Notes: a model not told the origin generated them from the letters alone. A stretch of 64,000 nucleotides of DNA from a virus (IMGVR_UViG_3300020036_009553:1-64000), one strand, 5' to 3'; shown: positions 39,090 through 50,365, counted from the first letter of the stretch. Numbers and translations: made by a program.

Positions 39090-41348
39090 ATGATCACGAA
39101 TCAATTCCAAGCTCCTGTTGAACGTTCCGGTGTTGCGGCTGAAAGTGTATTTCACATCAATGCCAGTGCAAAGGCATTTGAGATCCTTTCTTCCACATTG
39201 TACTCGGACAAAATTCAAGCGATCGTTCGGGAGCTAGCGTGCAATGCCTACGATGCTCACGTCGCTGCAGGAAATCAAGATACGCCGATTGAGATCCATT
39301 TGCCATCACCATTGGATGCCACATTTTACGTTAAGGATTTCGGCACGGGGTTATCCCGCGAACAAGTTGTTGGGCATACTGATGCCACGGGCCGTTTTAT
39401 TCCTGGGATCTATCAGACGTTTTTTGATAGCGACAAGACTGACAGTAATAATTTTATTGGTGCTCTCGGGCTTGGGTCAAAGTCACCATTTTCGTACACC
39501 AGTCAATTTACTGTGGAATCGCGGTTCAATGGAACATGCTACGTCTTCCTGGCGTTTAAGAATGAGGAAGGATTGCCATCAATTGTTGAAATCTCTCATG
39601 CTCCAACAATTGACCCTAATGGTCTGACAGTATCGTTGTCGGTTCGTTCGGAGGACATTGGTAAGTTTTTTAACGCTGCAAAGTTGGCGTTGATGTATTT
39701 CAATCCAGCTCCAACGGTTCTCGGGCGGTGGGATTTTGGATCTGCTCACAGGTTGGTTCACACCGTGTCAGGCACAAATTGGAAGATTCGTGAGGCGGAT
39801 TATTATGCCAATATGATTGGCCCTCGTGTTGTGCAGGGGTTTGTATCATATCCAGTTCTGACCCACATGTTATCTCAACATGTTGCTTTATCTGTAGGCG
39901 CCGCCGGATTGTTGAGCACAGATGTTGATTTGTACGTACCAATTGGAGAGATTGATGTTGCTCCCTCTCGTGAAGCGTTGTCTTATAACAAGAAAACATG
40001 CGTTAGTTTGATTACAGCTCTGGAACAGGCCGCCGATGAGATGCGGGCAGGGTTTCAGAGTTCATTCGACAAGTGCGCCACCAGGTGGGAGATGCTTTGT
40101 CTTCTCGAGAAGCTGACGAAGAGTTCTTCGCAGAAGTTCAATGCAGTATTTGCTTCAATGCATAAAAGCATCCCATTCACCTGGAACGGGGATGAAATTG
40201 CGGATGTAGTATCCATGGACCTGAGTGAGTGCTATCTCATGGGCATCCAGCGTGTATCACGATCAGTTAATCGTCGTGGTATTATGGCCCGCAAAGTGAA
40301 CATGTCGGACGTATGGGGGAAGGGTCGGGGAAGTTCAGATACTGCTGAGCTGCCATGTACTAATCCAAGCAAGATTAAGTTTTTGGTGGAGCGGACTGGG
40401 AAGGTGCTCGGGCCTGTGTTCTTTCAAGCATACACAGATACCTTTGGAGCTACGGAAGATCATCTGTTGTATGTGATTCGGTCCATTCCTGGTTGTGGGT
40501 ATTCTGCGGCTGAAACAAAGATGATTCTCGAGCAATTTGGGAATCCTCCCGTTGAGTATGCTGATGAGGTGATGGCAAAGGTACAAGTCGTTAAAAAACA
40601 ATACGTTAAGAAAGATAAAGAAGTTAAAATGTTTTGGACGGGGTTCCGTACCAAGCGCGTTCGTGGGAGGATGGTTGAAAATAATTCATACTCCCGTCTC
40701 ACATGGGACAATGCTACTTTTGATCCTTCGGAAGGTGGGTATTACGTAGTTGTTGATCGTTTTACGCCAATGAACGGTGATCAGCCAGTAGCCAACCTCA
40801 AACAATTCATTGGGGCTGCCCAGACGTTACATTATATCCCAGAAGGGGTTACGATATGGGGGCTAACGAAGAATGATGCTCGTGAAATCGAAGACGATGA
40901 GCAATGGATTAATGTGGTTACCGACACAGCTCTCCAATTCGAAACTGATAATGAACAAGGAGAGTTGACGAACAAGGTCAATGTAACAACCACACTGAAT
41001 CAAGTTCATCGTACCATGGGATGGGCATATTCGCGCATTGTCGGTGTGTGGACGCCTTCTATATCCCAAACATGTTGCGATGGAGAATTTAAGACATATA
41101 TTGAAAAAATCTATCAACTCATTCAAACTGCTGATGAGCCATGTGAAATAAAAGCAATCCGGTGCTTGGCTACTCAGTTTGGTGATTGTCTTCAGCAGAC
41201 GCCTGAGGCGATAGCCGCTATCACTTCTCAATGGGAAGCCATCCTCAAGAAATACCCAATGTTACAATTTATTGATTGTTCATACACTCATTCATCCGAG
41301 TTAGTTGCAATTATACTCGAATATATTGGGTTGGTGGAACGGAAGTAG
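39090..41348 (+). CDS. rIIA: rIIA-like protein (GHKL ATPase N-terminus)
   Basis: LYSDKIQAIVRELACNAYDAH, DFGTGL, GALGLGSKSPFSY, PSREALSY. Confidence 0.9.
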   Translation: MITNQFQAPVERSGVAAESVFHINASAKAFEILSSTLYSDKIQAIVRELACNAYDAHVAAGNQDTPIEIHLPSPLDATFYVKDFGTGLSREQVVGHTDATGRFIPGIYQTFFDSDKTDSNNFIGALGLGSKSPFSYTSQFTVESRFNGTCYVFLAFKNEEGLPSIVEISHAPTIDPNGLTVSLSVRSEDIGKFFNAAKLALMYFNPAPTVLGRWDFGSAHRLVHTVSGTNWKIREADYYANMIGPRVVQGFVSYPVLTHMLSQHVALSVGAAGLLSTDVDLYVPIGEIDVAPSREALSYNKKTCVSLITALEQAADEMRAGFQSSFDKCATRWEMLCLLEKLTKSSSQKFNAVFASMHKSIPFTWNGDEIADVVSMDLSECYLMGIQRVSRSVNRRGIMARKVNMSDVWGKGRGSSDTAELPCTNPSKIKFLVERTGKVLGPVFFQAYTDTFGATEDHLLYVIRSIPGCGYSAAETKMILEQFGNPPVEYADEVMAKVQVVKKQYVKKDKEVKMFWTGFRTKRVRGRMVENNSYSRLTWDNATFDPSEGGYYVVVDRFTPMNGDQPVANLKQFIGAAQTLHYIPEGVTIWGLTKNDAREIEDDEQWINVVTDTALQFETDNEQGELTNKVNVTTTLNQVHRTMGWAYSRIVGVWTPSISQTCCDGEFKTYIEKIYQLIQTADEPCEIKAIRCLATQFGDCLQQTPEAIAAITSQWEAILKKYPMLQFIDCSYTHSSELVAIILEYIGLVERK

Positions 41349-41411
41349 TTGACATTTGTAAAACACGTGGGTATAATGTTGTTATAGTATTCCACCACAA
41401 AGGAAAAAACG

Positions 41412-42368
41412 ATGATTTACATCAAAACACAAACAGGATTTGCAGGGCTGGCGGATGGTAAGCCATTTACGGTAGCGGACACACATCCGTGCTTTGGTGA
41501 AATCGAGCAAGCGATTCGTAATAACAATGAGCAATTAGTTCATCAGTTGATTAATCGATCAACCATGCTGGCTACTAACCCACACGTTGTGCACCAGCGA
41601 GTAGAAGTTGATCCAGTGGCAGGGGTGATCTATGTGGATGGTCTCCCGATTGAGAACACCCTCGTCAGCAGAGTAATTTCAATGGCGTTGGAAGGGTATC
41701 AAATTGAATCAATGGTTGCATTCATTGACAATTTGTACCAGAATCCATCCAAGAAAACAATCGATCGTATCTATGCTTGGTTGGAAGCTGGTGAAATGCC
41801 GATTACCGACGATGGGCATTTCATTGCTTATAAGCGAGTTAACAACGACCTGACCTCATTCTACGATAACACGACGAAACATGTCGTCGGTGAAGTGACA
41901 GCAATGGAACGATATCGTTGCGACGACCGAACAGAAGAGACGTGCTCCACTGGGCTGCACTTTTGCTCTTATGGATATCTCTCAAAATATTATTCGGGCA
42001 TGGGCCGAATTTTGGTGCTCAAAATCAATCCAGCGGACGTTGTTGCTATTCCCGACGATTATGGAACATCAAAAGGTCGGGCTTGTAAGTATTTGGTCGT
42101 TGGGGAATTGACCATTGAACAAACATCTGAAGTTGAAACTGTTAATGTTCTGTCAATGCCTGTAATGATTATTGATGAGCAAGACACTATTCCCGAGGAA
42201 CCAACTACCAGTCCTACATATGAACAAGGATATGTGAGGGGATATGCTGTCGCTCGCCAGCAGAAGTTTATCCCTGACATGCCGGATGATGCCAACAGTG
42301 ATTATATTGAAGGGCATTCAGCAGGGTATAGTGACGGCATCTACCACAAAAAACGGATGTATCGGTAG
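41412..42368 (+). CDS. rIIB: rIIB-like protein
   Basis: NPS, ITDDGHFIAYK, CSTGLHF, INPADVVAIPDDY..KGRACKY; follows rIIA. Confidence 0.9.
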   Translation: MIYIKTQTGFAGLADGKPFTVADTHPCFGEIEQAIRNNNEQLVHQLINRSTMLATNPHVVHQRVEVDPVAGVIYVDGLPIENTLVSRVISMALEGYQIESMVAFIDNLYQNPSKKTIDRIYAWLEAGEMPITDDGHFIAYKRVNNDLTSFYDNTTKHVVGEVTAMERYRCDDRTEETCSTGLHFCSYGYLSKYYSGMGRILVLKINPADVVAIPDDYGTSKGRACKYLVVGELTIEQTSEVETVNVLSMPVMIIDEQDTIPEEPTTSPTYEQGYVRGYAVARQQKFIPDMPDDANSDYIEGHSAGYSDGIYHKKRMYR

Positions 42369-43391
42369 TTTACTAGTAAACACGCGCGTATATGTGTGAA
42401 ATACCAGCTCCAGGTACAGTGTATCATTTATCAAATGCGACAGTGCGGTCGGTACTGTCGCATTTTCTGAAAGTTGACCCGGATCAAGTAGATTTGTCCT
42501 GGGATCTACGCCAAACACCTGATTCCGATCCTGCTGATCCTGATTATGAAGTTCACCAGTTAGTGGTAACAATTCTCCCGCCCACTGGACAATAATTGTT
42601 GAGTTTTACCCATATATACGATATAATTAATTCTTTTGGAGGGTAAAACGATGGACAAGATTACAGGGAAATTGCCGAAACCGCGGCATAAGATCCTCAA
42701 TGATTTACTGAGGACAAAACGGTGTGAGGCCCATGAACCAAAAGCTGGTGATCACACCAACCGAGCAAGATCAAAACAGCAACACATAAAAAACCTTCGC
42801 CAAGAAGGTTTTTTATTGTGTGGAGTTGTGAGTCACAAAAATTGTTGTTCCACATTTTTGGGATTGTGAAATTATCATCATTTTCGTAACCACGAAACTA
42901 CCAAGAATTGTTTGGTAGTCACAAAAAGTCAACAGGGCAGAATGAATTTTCTTGTTTGACTAACCTTTCATTATACTCCGCCCAACGTACAAAAGTCAAC
43001 AGGGCTGTCGTGACTTTTAGGAACGATAGGCGCTCTCGCCGTCCACCCCCCTCTGTTCGATAAGTCCATTATACTCGGAATACAGCCAAAGGACAACGAA
43101 AATTGTAAGTTGACAATCATTGTGAGACGTCGTATAATATGATTTTCCCTCAACAACCGAGATATATCATGTGCACCACAGAATTAGCCCATGCCATCGC
43201 AATTGCCCGTCGTTGCCGTCATCTGTTTGATGCGGATATTCAGTTCCGTTCTGCCGTTCAAACGTCGTCAGAGTTCTACAACGCCTGCATTGCGTATTGT
43301 GGAGCTGAGAACGTGCCTGACATGGGCACCGCCGAGTATGAAGAAATCATCATTGAACTCGAGCAGTGTTTCCTCCAGTAAGGAGTAACAT

Positions 43392-43616
43392 ATGAGTAAC
43401 GATTGGATGCCTTCAAAAGAGGATGTGAAAATCCTCTGTGAAGCAGTTTTGGAGAATTATGTCTCCCAGGATAGAAACACTGGGGGAGATTATTGTTCAC
43501 AATGTGGGAAGCATTATGGAAATGTCCAATACTATTGGGAAGAGGGCAAGAGAGAACCCCATAACCCCAATTGCCCTGTTCTTGTTGCGCAAGATGTAAT
43601 GACAGGAATCGGTTGA
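43392..43616 (+). CDS. small zinc-binding hypothetical protein
   Basis: CSQCG...HNPNCP; AAGGAG RBS. Confidence 0.55.
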   Translation: MSNDWMPSKEDVKILCEAVLENYVSQDRNTGGDYCSQCGKHYGNVQYYWEEGKREPHNPNCPVLVAQDVMTGIG

Positions 43617-43671
43617 CATTATCGATTAGATAAGGGATAATATCTCCATCAACTGACGAAAGGGAATAAAC

Positions 43672-44259
43672 ATGCAATCCGCAATCGACACCCTCATGGC
43701 GATGGACTTTCCTGTTCATAGCCCCAATTTGCTTGCCCAACAAGTCAGAGAGCACATTGAGAATTCTCCTTCTCCGTTGGAGACTGCCAAACGCGTGATC
43801 TACAACATCACGAGTATCGCCGTGGATTACACCGATCTTCTCCTTGCTCGGCATGTCGCTCAAGGTGTCGCGATTGATGCGATTACACGCGATTCTTACG
43901 CGTTTGAAGACAGTGTTCAACGTGCTGAAGATCATCATCGCAAACTCCTCACGAAAATGCCCTACATTTCTCTGGCATATACACCAGCTGAAGTGTCTCT
44001 CAGTGGTGCGACAAAGACAACAACTTCTGTTGCAGTTGCCGAAGGAATCACAACCACAGTTGAAGTGAAAGCTGATGGAAAGATCAAGAAGGGCGGCAAG
44101 CAAGTTTTGGCCGTAGAGATGTATCAACTTCATGTGACCAATTCGCCCACACCAATGACGAATCAAGAGTTCATTGCTCTGTTGATGAAAGAACTCCAGA
44201 TGACCAAACCTGGGGCAACGACATACGCATACAATTGCCGCAAAGCAGCCCAAAAATGA
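43672..44259 (+). CDS. hypothetical protein with C-terminal GAxTY domain
   Basis: LQMTKPGATTYAYNCRK. Confidence 0.7.
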   Translation: MQSAIDTLMAMDFPVHSPNLLAQQVREHIENSPSPLETAKRVIYNITSIAVDYTDLLLARHVAQGVAIDAITRDSYAFEDSVQRAEDHHRKLLTKMPYISLAYTPAEVSLSGATKTTTSVAVAEGITTTVEVKADGKIKKGGKQVLAVEMYQLHVTNSPTPMTNQEFIALLMKELQMTKPGATTYAYNCRKAAQK

Positions 44260-44977
44260 TCATTCGTGGCATGATTTATAATGCGAGTTATAGCGGGTGT
44301 GAGGGGTGGTCTCGTCACCTTGTTCGTGAGATCCGCTTCACGACAACCGCCGCGCGAGCAACAGCAGCAAAGCGTAGAGCAGAAATCCGGGTTGCTTCAA
44401 CAGCACCCACGTACACGAGACGAATCATCAAATGGGTCAATTGACCCCATATTGTAACCCAACAACAAGGAAACACAGGTGTATTGGACAGATTACCCAT
44501 TTAAAGAGTTGGGAGACATTCCTTTCACGATTGCTCCAATTCGTCCCGTTATCGTAAAGGAGTGGGACAGAAACAAATATGTCCGTGTTGAGGTGGAAGG
44601 ACAGGAGTTTGAAATTAAAGAGGGGTATATTTACACTGAACCAGGCCGGTGTGGGTCAGTCCCGGGTCTCAAATTTCCACGGACACACATCTCTCAATAT
44701 TGAGTTGTATTTCTCTTGGAGGTGTGGTATAATGACATCTTTGAGAGGAGGACACAATGGATGTTGCAATATTGGCAGATGGCCGTGTCTGCAAACTCAT
44801 ACGTGATGATGTTGATGTCCAATTCAGCAACCTTCCAGGTTGGAGCCTCGTTGCTCGTCCATTGGAGGTTCCGATCCTCACGCATCAAACGGCTTGGTGG
44901 GTTCAATCAACCGAAATCAAAAATCGCTTTACAATATCCACGTAATGTGGTATACTGATATTTTTGGAGATACTTCA

Positions 44978-45304
44978 ATGGTCATGAGTAGTTTTGCCGC
45001 TCAACAGAATTTGCCACGTCATTCCGCATCGTTGTTCTCGATCTTGCCGAAATCCAAGGTATATTATGCAGATGTCACCGATCTACCAAGGCCCGTAGCA
45101 AGCCGCGTTGACGGCACGACTGCTGTTGGGTTTGTGATGGTATCTGTCATCACACCTGGTGATACCGCCACGTTCACGTGCGATGAGACTCCAGCTCGTG
45201 GTGAAGATGGGGATCTTGAGTTTTGGGTGTTTAGTCCTACTGCGGAGACGATCGCAACTCACCCCAAACTGAAGGGATGGACAGTGAAGATTTTCAACGA
45301 TTAA
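44978..45304 (+). CDS. hypothetical protein
   Basis: Promoter and GGAGA RBS upstream. Confidence 0.5.
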   Translation: MVMSSFAAQQNLPRHSASLFSILPKSKVYYADVTDLPRPVASRVDGTTAVGFVMVSVITPGDTATFTCDETPARGEDGDLEFWVFSPTAETIATHPKLKGWTVKIFND

Positions 45305-45985
45305 CCGTTGATTATTAACAGTATTTGTGAGATAATGACATTTTGAGGAGAAAACGACGATGACACGCAAAGAAGAATTTGACGGATGGAAACGATTCAT
45401 GGATCGTGAAGATTTGAAGGCGGAGAAGGGCGAGAGTTCTGTCTTCCCCGCCGATCATCGTTGGACGTTTGTTGAGGACAAACAAGGCAACCCAAAAAAT
45501 GGAGCAGCTGCGATGCATGATCGGTACGGCTCGTTTTGATGGAAACATTGTTCAACATAATGAGCATTCCAATCTTATTTCTCACTGTCATGCTATTGGT
45601 GGGAGCTGGTTCATATGTGGTGTTCTTGTTGGGCCAGTTCCTTGTCAACCAGTATTTGAATGGGCGTGGGTCTGCGGAAACAGAAGATGTGGCATCGATC
45701 GTGGTGGGCTTGATCGTGTTAATCGTGGTTTATCTGATTTGCTTTGTGGGGTATCGTTGGCTGTTTTAATTGTTGACATCGCCAGTGAGTTACTGTACAA
45801 TGTCTTTATTGAATCAAACAACAGGAGTTTTAAAGAGATGAAGTATATAGAGATCGGGCTGTACTGACAAGAGCCCGCCCAAAAGTCAGCCTCGGTAGTG
45901 ACGACTATTAGAGGATAGAGATCAACGGAAGACGGATCCGATAACGCAATAAACCATTTCTCAACTGATATCAAGGAGTTACATT

Positions 45986-46285
45986 ATGTCCAGCAACAGC
46001 AAATCCGCTCGCCGTGTCGCCCTCCGCAAGGCCATCACCGCCACTCACAAAAATGGTGACAAGGTCGGCGCCTCCACCCGCAAGAATACCAACCGCAACG
46101 GTTGGGCACAGGTCAAGGACGAAAACGGTCGCCTCGCGATCTTCCGCGAACGTGATCAGGAAGCCAAGAACGCCGAACAGGCTGCTCTGAAAGAAGAGCA
46201 GGCAGCGGCGAAAGCAGCTGCAAAGGCCGAGCGAGAGGCCGCGAAAGTGGCAGGACGAAACAAACGTGGTCGCTTGGACGACTAA
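45986..46285 (+). CDS. small basic Ala/Lys/Arg-rich protein
   Basis: AAGGAG RBS; GC-rich codons; terminator after it. Confidence 0.7.
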   Translation: MSSNSKSARRVALRKAITATHKNGDKVGASTRKNTNRNGWAQVKDENGRLAIFRERDQEAKNAEQAALKEEQAAAKAAAKAEREAAKVAGRNKRGRLDD

Positions 46286-46639
46286 CACGAAAAAAAGGGA
46301 GATTCGTCTCCCTTTTTTGTTGACAATTCGTGAGAATTGTTATATAATTACCTCATTGACTAACAAATCCACGGAAAACAAATGAAAATCGTCTCCGCTT
46401 CTGATTTTGGTGTTGTCGCTTCAATGGAACATAGCTGTGGACACATTGTGGAAATGTGGTATGCAGCTGAGGAGTTTGCACTCTCGGACGTGGAGTCCAT
46501 GAAAGCTCGTCCTTGCCTCCAGTGCAGGGTCGGCTTTCCTCTCCCCATTCCTCATTGTCAAGATCGTTGACTCCCATACCAATTTATGGTATAATGATTA
46601 TTGTCAACTGACATAATGATTGCCAAGAGGAGCTTTAAC

Positions 46640-46921
46640 ATGTTTAATGTTCGTATGTGGGACTGTACTAAGCCAATAGCGGCAAAATCGTTGGCAAAAC
46701 CACCTGGTACCCTCATCTTCTCAGGGGAGGATGGTGAAGCAGCATTGGAAATAGTGCAGACTCTCATTACATCTGTGTTGGCCGAAGATGGTGTTCGCTT
46801 CACCGCCGCCTCCGTCCACGAAGATGATGACAACATCCTTACCATTGTCCTCAATAACGCGGATAATTCGTGCCGAATGGTAATCGTTGTCACTTGTCTC
46901 CCCAACTCCGACCCTAGTTGA
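46640..46921 (+). CDS. hypothetical protein, tandem paralog A
   Basis: Shares CCAAGAGGAGCTTTAACATG and SVLAEDGV..TIVLxNAD with 46991. Confidence 0.65.
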   Translation: MFNVRMWDCTKPIAAKSLAKPPGTLIFSGEDGEAALEIVQTLITSVLAEDGVRFTAASVHEDDDNILTIVLNNADNSCRMVIVVTCLPNSDPS

Positions 46922-46990
46922 TTTCCCATCCCATTCGTAGTATAATGATCGCTGTCAATCGACATAATCATCACCAAGAGGAGCTTTAAC

Positions 46991-47287
46991 ATGGTTAACG
47001 TGTGCGTGTGGGACTATACACAATCAGTAGCAAAATTGATGGCAGGTCCAACTACTGTCACCAGTTTTCCGGGGGAGGACAGCGAGGGAGCTCTAGTGAT
47101 GGCCCAAGCCCTCGTCGTCTCTGTGTTGGCTGAAGATGGGGTTCATCCATTCTCCGCCTCTGTTAACGATGATAGCGACAATATTTTTACCATTGTCCTC
47201 GATAACGCCGACCATTCACACCGGATGGCAATCGTTGTCACCCGCTCTTCCATCCTGCCTCTTGTTGATCTTCCATCCCATTCGTAG
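46991..47287 (+). CDS. hypothetical protein, tandem paralog B
   Basis: Same shared RBS block and motifs. Confidence 0.65.
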   Translation: MVNVCVWDYTQSVAKLMAGPTTVTSFPGEDSEGALVMAQALVVSVLAEDGVHPFSASVNDDSDNIFTIVLDNADHSHRMAIVVTRSSILPLVDLPSHS

Positions 47288-47334
47288 TATAATGATCTTC
47301 GTCAACTGACGCAACCACAACCAAGGAGATTCAA

Positions 47335-47898
47335 ATGATGACCACCAATCCTCTTACCACCCTCATCGGCAAAACCGTCCTCAATGGCATGACTGAAATG
47401 ACGATCACCGCATTCCTCGACAAGCAAGGCACGATCAAGAGCGGCGATCGTCTTCCGTACATCCAACTCGTCGGCGGAGATACGGAACTGTCCCTCCATC
47501 CGCAGCATGCCATGTCGTTGATGAAAACGGGCAAGTACAAGGAGCTGTCCATCCTCAGCGAAATCGCCGGCGAGCAAGTCGTTCTCGATTCGTCCTCCGC
47601 TACCAACGAAGGTGAGGCTGAAGTCGAAGTCGAGGTCGAAGCCGCTCCTGTTGAAGTCGAAGCCGCTCCTGTTGAAGTCGAAGCCGCTCCTGTTGAAGTC
47701 GAAGCCGCTCCTGTTGAACCCACTCCTGCAAAGGAGAAAAAGGTGAACAAGCGCCAACAAACCGAAGAGTTGTACATTGAAGGTCACAAGCAAGGACTGA
47801 CCCGCAAAGCAATCATTACTCAAATGAAGGCACAACTGGGCATGAGTGATGCTGGGGCAAATACGTACTACCAGAACGCCAAGACCAAGCTTGGGTAA
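47335..47898 (+). CDS. protein with acidic repeat linker and C-terminal GAxTYY domain
   Basis: VEAAPVE repeats; LGMSDAGANTYYQNAK. Confidence 0.75.
   Translation: MMTTNPLTTLIGKTVLNGMTEMTITAFLDKQGTIKSGDRLPYIQLVGGDTELSLHPQHAMSLMKTGKYKELSILSEIAGEQVVLDSSSATNEGEAEVEVEVEAAPVEVEAAPVEVEAAPVEVEAAPVEPTPAKEKKVNKRQQTEELYIEGHKQGLTRKAIITQMKAQLGMSDAGANTYYQNAKTKLG
47635..47718 (+). repeat. four perfect 21-bp coding tandem repeats
   Basis: GTCGAAGCCGCTCCTGTTGAA x4. Confidence 0.9.
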
Positions 47899-48594
47899 CA
47901 TCAACGGTGGGGAGAGATCCTCCCCACCGTTGTCTTTGGTAGTGTTTACTAGTATAATGCCTTTATCAAATGAGACATTGCAGTAGTAATCATTAACCAA
48001 CAAGGACAATATCATGTACACAGTTTTTGGATATGATTGGGATGGTACGGACTTCCGCTTCACATTCGATAGCTTCGTTGCAGCAGTCAAGTGTTTCAAA
48101 AGCTGGAGTTTCACAGTCGTATTCATCAAGCGGGACACAATCGGTTCGTGCAGGTTTGTTCAGTAATAAAAAAGGGACAGGATGATGAAAAACAAATTGA
48201 GGCCATTTCTAACGTGGCAAGAATTGAAAGACAGGATTGCTTCGTTCACCCCTGAACAACTGGCGAACGATGTGATTGTGTACAATACGTTGGATGGTGA
48301 TGCGTGGGGAGTGAGGTCAGTACTTGTGGTAGGGGTGGATGAAGAGGATCCCGCTGCCATGACCAGCGATCTGTTTGATCAAGGACAACCCTACTTGACG
48401 TTTAACGAGCCATAACTATTTCATCGGCATGAAAATAGGGTGGGACTTAGTTTTAGGGCAATTGCGGTTGCCCTAAAAGTGATTTGTCGTCAATGAAGAC
48501 AAGTCTACAGTAGGTCCATGTCAAAAGTCAACGGTTGATTTTCATCACATCATGTAGTACAATGTCTCTACCGACTAACAACACAGGACTAATC

Positions 48595-48909
48595 ATGGCC
48601 CACCCCTATTATGAAGCTGTTGCGATTTGCGCAAAGTGGATTGCTGAACGCGTCATTGAAAACGCCAACGACAACGACGAGGACGCCACACTGTATTCCA
48701 CCGATGAAGAGGTTGTCAACCTCTACCTTCGTGAACTCGCAGCTGACATCAGCAAGGCCTTGCCTGCCGCGATTACCGAGTCCCTGGCTGATGACGAGTA
48801 TGATGACGATTCTGGGATGACAGACGCTGAGGCTGATGCTGATGCGTTGGCCTCAGCAGGGTGGGGGACGGATGAAGACTACGGTGATTATGGAGGGTAT
48901 GACGACTAA
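48595..48909 (+). CDS. acidic hypothetical protein
   Basis: C-terminal DADALASAGWGTDEDYG; very D/E rich. Confidence 0.65.
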   Translation: MAHPYYEAVAICAKWIAERVIENANDNDEDATLYSTDEEVVNLYLRELAADISKALPAAITESLADDEYDDDSGMTDAEADADALASAGWGTDEDYGDYGGYDD

Positions 48910-48911
48910 CT

Positions 48912-49374
48912 GTTGACTTTGTGAGCCATTTGAGATATAATGGCTCCATCAACTGGAGAACAACATGACCACCACCCCTGTTATTGTTACTCGTGACTCT
49001 CTCACCAAAATGATCACCAACCCGAACGCTGAATACGTTAAACGCGTCCTTGGCAAGGCATTGGTGGCAATCTTCAAGAGGCAGACTGAAGCAGAACAAA
49101 CCACCGACTCCACTCAAAACGATAATGGGGTGGGGTTTGCGGGATGTGATGCACGTTCTGGGTCGCTCACAGCAAAGTTCTTCATGAAACACAACACTCT
49201 TGCTGACTGGCAGGTCGCTGCGTGGACACGCGTTGGAAAGAACGGATATGCCCGAATCTGCAAGTATCACGCTCAACTGAATGAAATTGCAACATCTCGT
49301 CCACAACGGACAGCAAGTCTGTAATTGTTGACTTTGTGAGCCATTTGAGATATAATGGCTCCATCAACTGGAGA
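48912..49374 (+). repeat. identical 48-bp promoter repeats (48912-48959, 49327-49374) flanking one gene
   Basis: GTTGACTTTGTGAGCCATTTGAGATATAATGGCTCCATCAACTGGAGA twice. Confidence 0.9.
48965..49324 (+). CDS. hypothetical phage protein
   Basis: RQTEAEQ...NGVGFAGCDA...KYHAQL; own promoter. Confidence 0.65.
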   Translation: MTTTPVIVTRDSLTKMITNPNAEYVKRVLGKALVAIFKRQTEAEQTTDSTQNDNGVGFAGCDARSGSLTAKFFMKHNTLADWQVAAWTRVGKNGYARICKYHAQLNEIATSRPQRTASL

Positions 49375-49379
49375 TACAT

Positions 49380-49667
49380 ATGACGACATCTGTTGTTAGA
49401 AAACATGTGAAACAAATCAAACAAGTCGTTGCAAAGCACTACAATTTTTGGAGAGTGTTCAACGACAAGCGCCTATATGGTCGTCGTCTGAAATTCATGA
49501 AAAACGGATACAAATACACAGACGAAGAATACAAACAAATTGTTGATAACATCGTGAAGGAGTTGAAAGCTCACAATATCCCACACATCAAAGTGTACAA
49601 AGCAGTTAGTGTCCGTTCATTTTATGGGCCATACACGTTTCTGGCTGTTACGTTGATCGACGACTGA
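49380..49667 (+). CDS. hypothetical protein (F[ND]DKR...RRLK family)
   Basis: Motif shared with 61276 and 62023. Confidence 0.6.
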   Translation: MTTSVVRKHVKQIKQVVAKHYNFWRVFNDKRLYGRRLKFMKNGYKYTDEEYKQIVDNIVKELKAHNIPHIKVYKAVSVRSFYGPYTFLAVTLIDD

Positions 49668-49747
49668 CCACACTAAAGATTGTTGACTTTCGTCGTCAGT
49701 TGGTGGATAATGATCTTCATCAACTGACGACAACCGAGGAGATTCAA

Positions 49748-49990
49748 ATGAACAAAACTCTTGAACAAAGTTCCCTCATACCTCTTACCGAATATGCGAA
49801 ACGTGTGTGGAGCGCACCATCACTTGACGCAAAGCGTCAGATCATTCACGAGGCGATTGCGGTGTTCAAGTTCAAAGGAAAGGCTGAACGTTTTCGTCGT
49901 CAGATTGATGCTGAATGCAAGGCATCACGACTCGACCAGTTCGCCGCAAACTTGGTCTTACTCGAATCTGGTGACAAAGTAATTCACTGA
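49748..49990 (+). CDS. hypothetical protein
   Basis: Hairpin promoter and GAGGAG RBS. Confidence 0.6.
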   Translation: MNKTLEQSSLIPLTEYAKRVWSAPSLDAKRQIIHEAIAVFKFKGKAERFRRQIDAECKASRLDQFAANLVLLESGDKVIH

Positions 49991-49995
49991 GAAAA

Positions 49996-50307
49996 TTGAT
50001 GAAAATCACAACATTCAACAAGTTGAAAGCTGAACTTCAACTCTATTTGTTGGAAACAGCATTAGTAGACAACCAAACAACGGATGACGATGTCAAGCGA
50101 TTTGTTGCCATGATGCTCGCAAGTGAATGTGCTGATATGAATCGTCGAGAAATGATCGACTTGTTCGTTGATGGAGTTCCGCCGATGACCAAAAAACGTG
50201 TTGTTGGATGGTTGAAAAACTGTGAGGAATGTGCAGAAAACGACGACGATGCACGTCCTCCCTGGCCCTTGTTGTTCAAAGAATTCTACGGACCAAAGAG
50301 TCGTTGA
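49996..50307 (+). CDS. hypothetical protein
   Basis: ORF ends inside the next -35 box. Confidence 0.55.
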   Translation: MMKITTFNKLKAELQLYLLETALVDNQTTDDDVKRFVAMMLASECADMNRREMIDLFVDGVPPMTKKRVVGWLKNCEECAENDDDARPPWPLLFKEFYGPKSR

Positions 50308-50365
50308 CTTTGTGGTTCGGGTATGAGATAATACATTTTTCAACACACACGAGACGGAGTGATAA

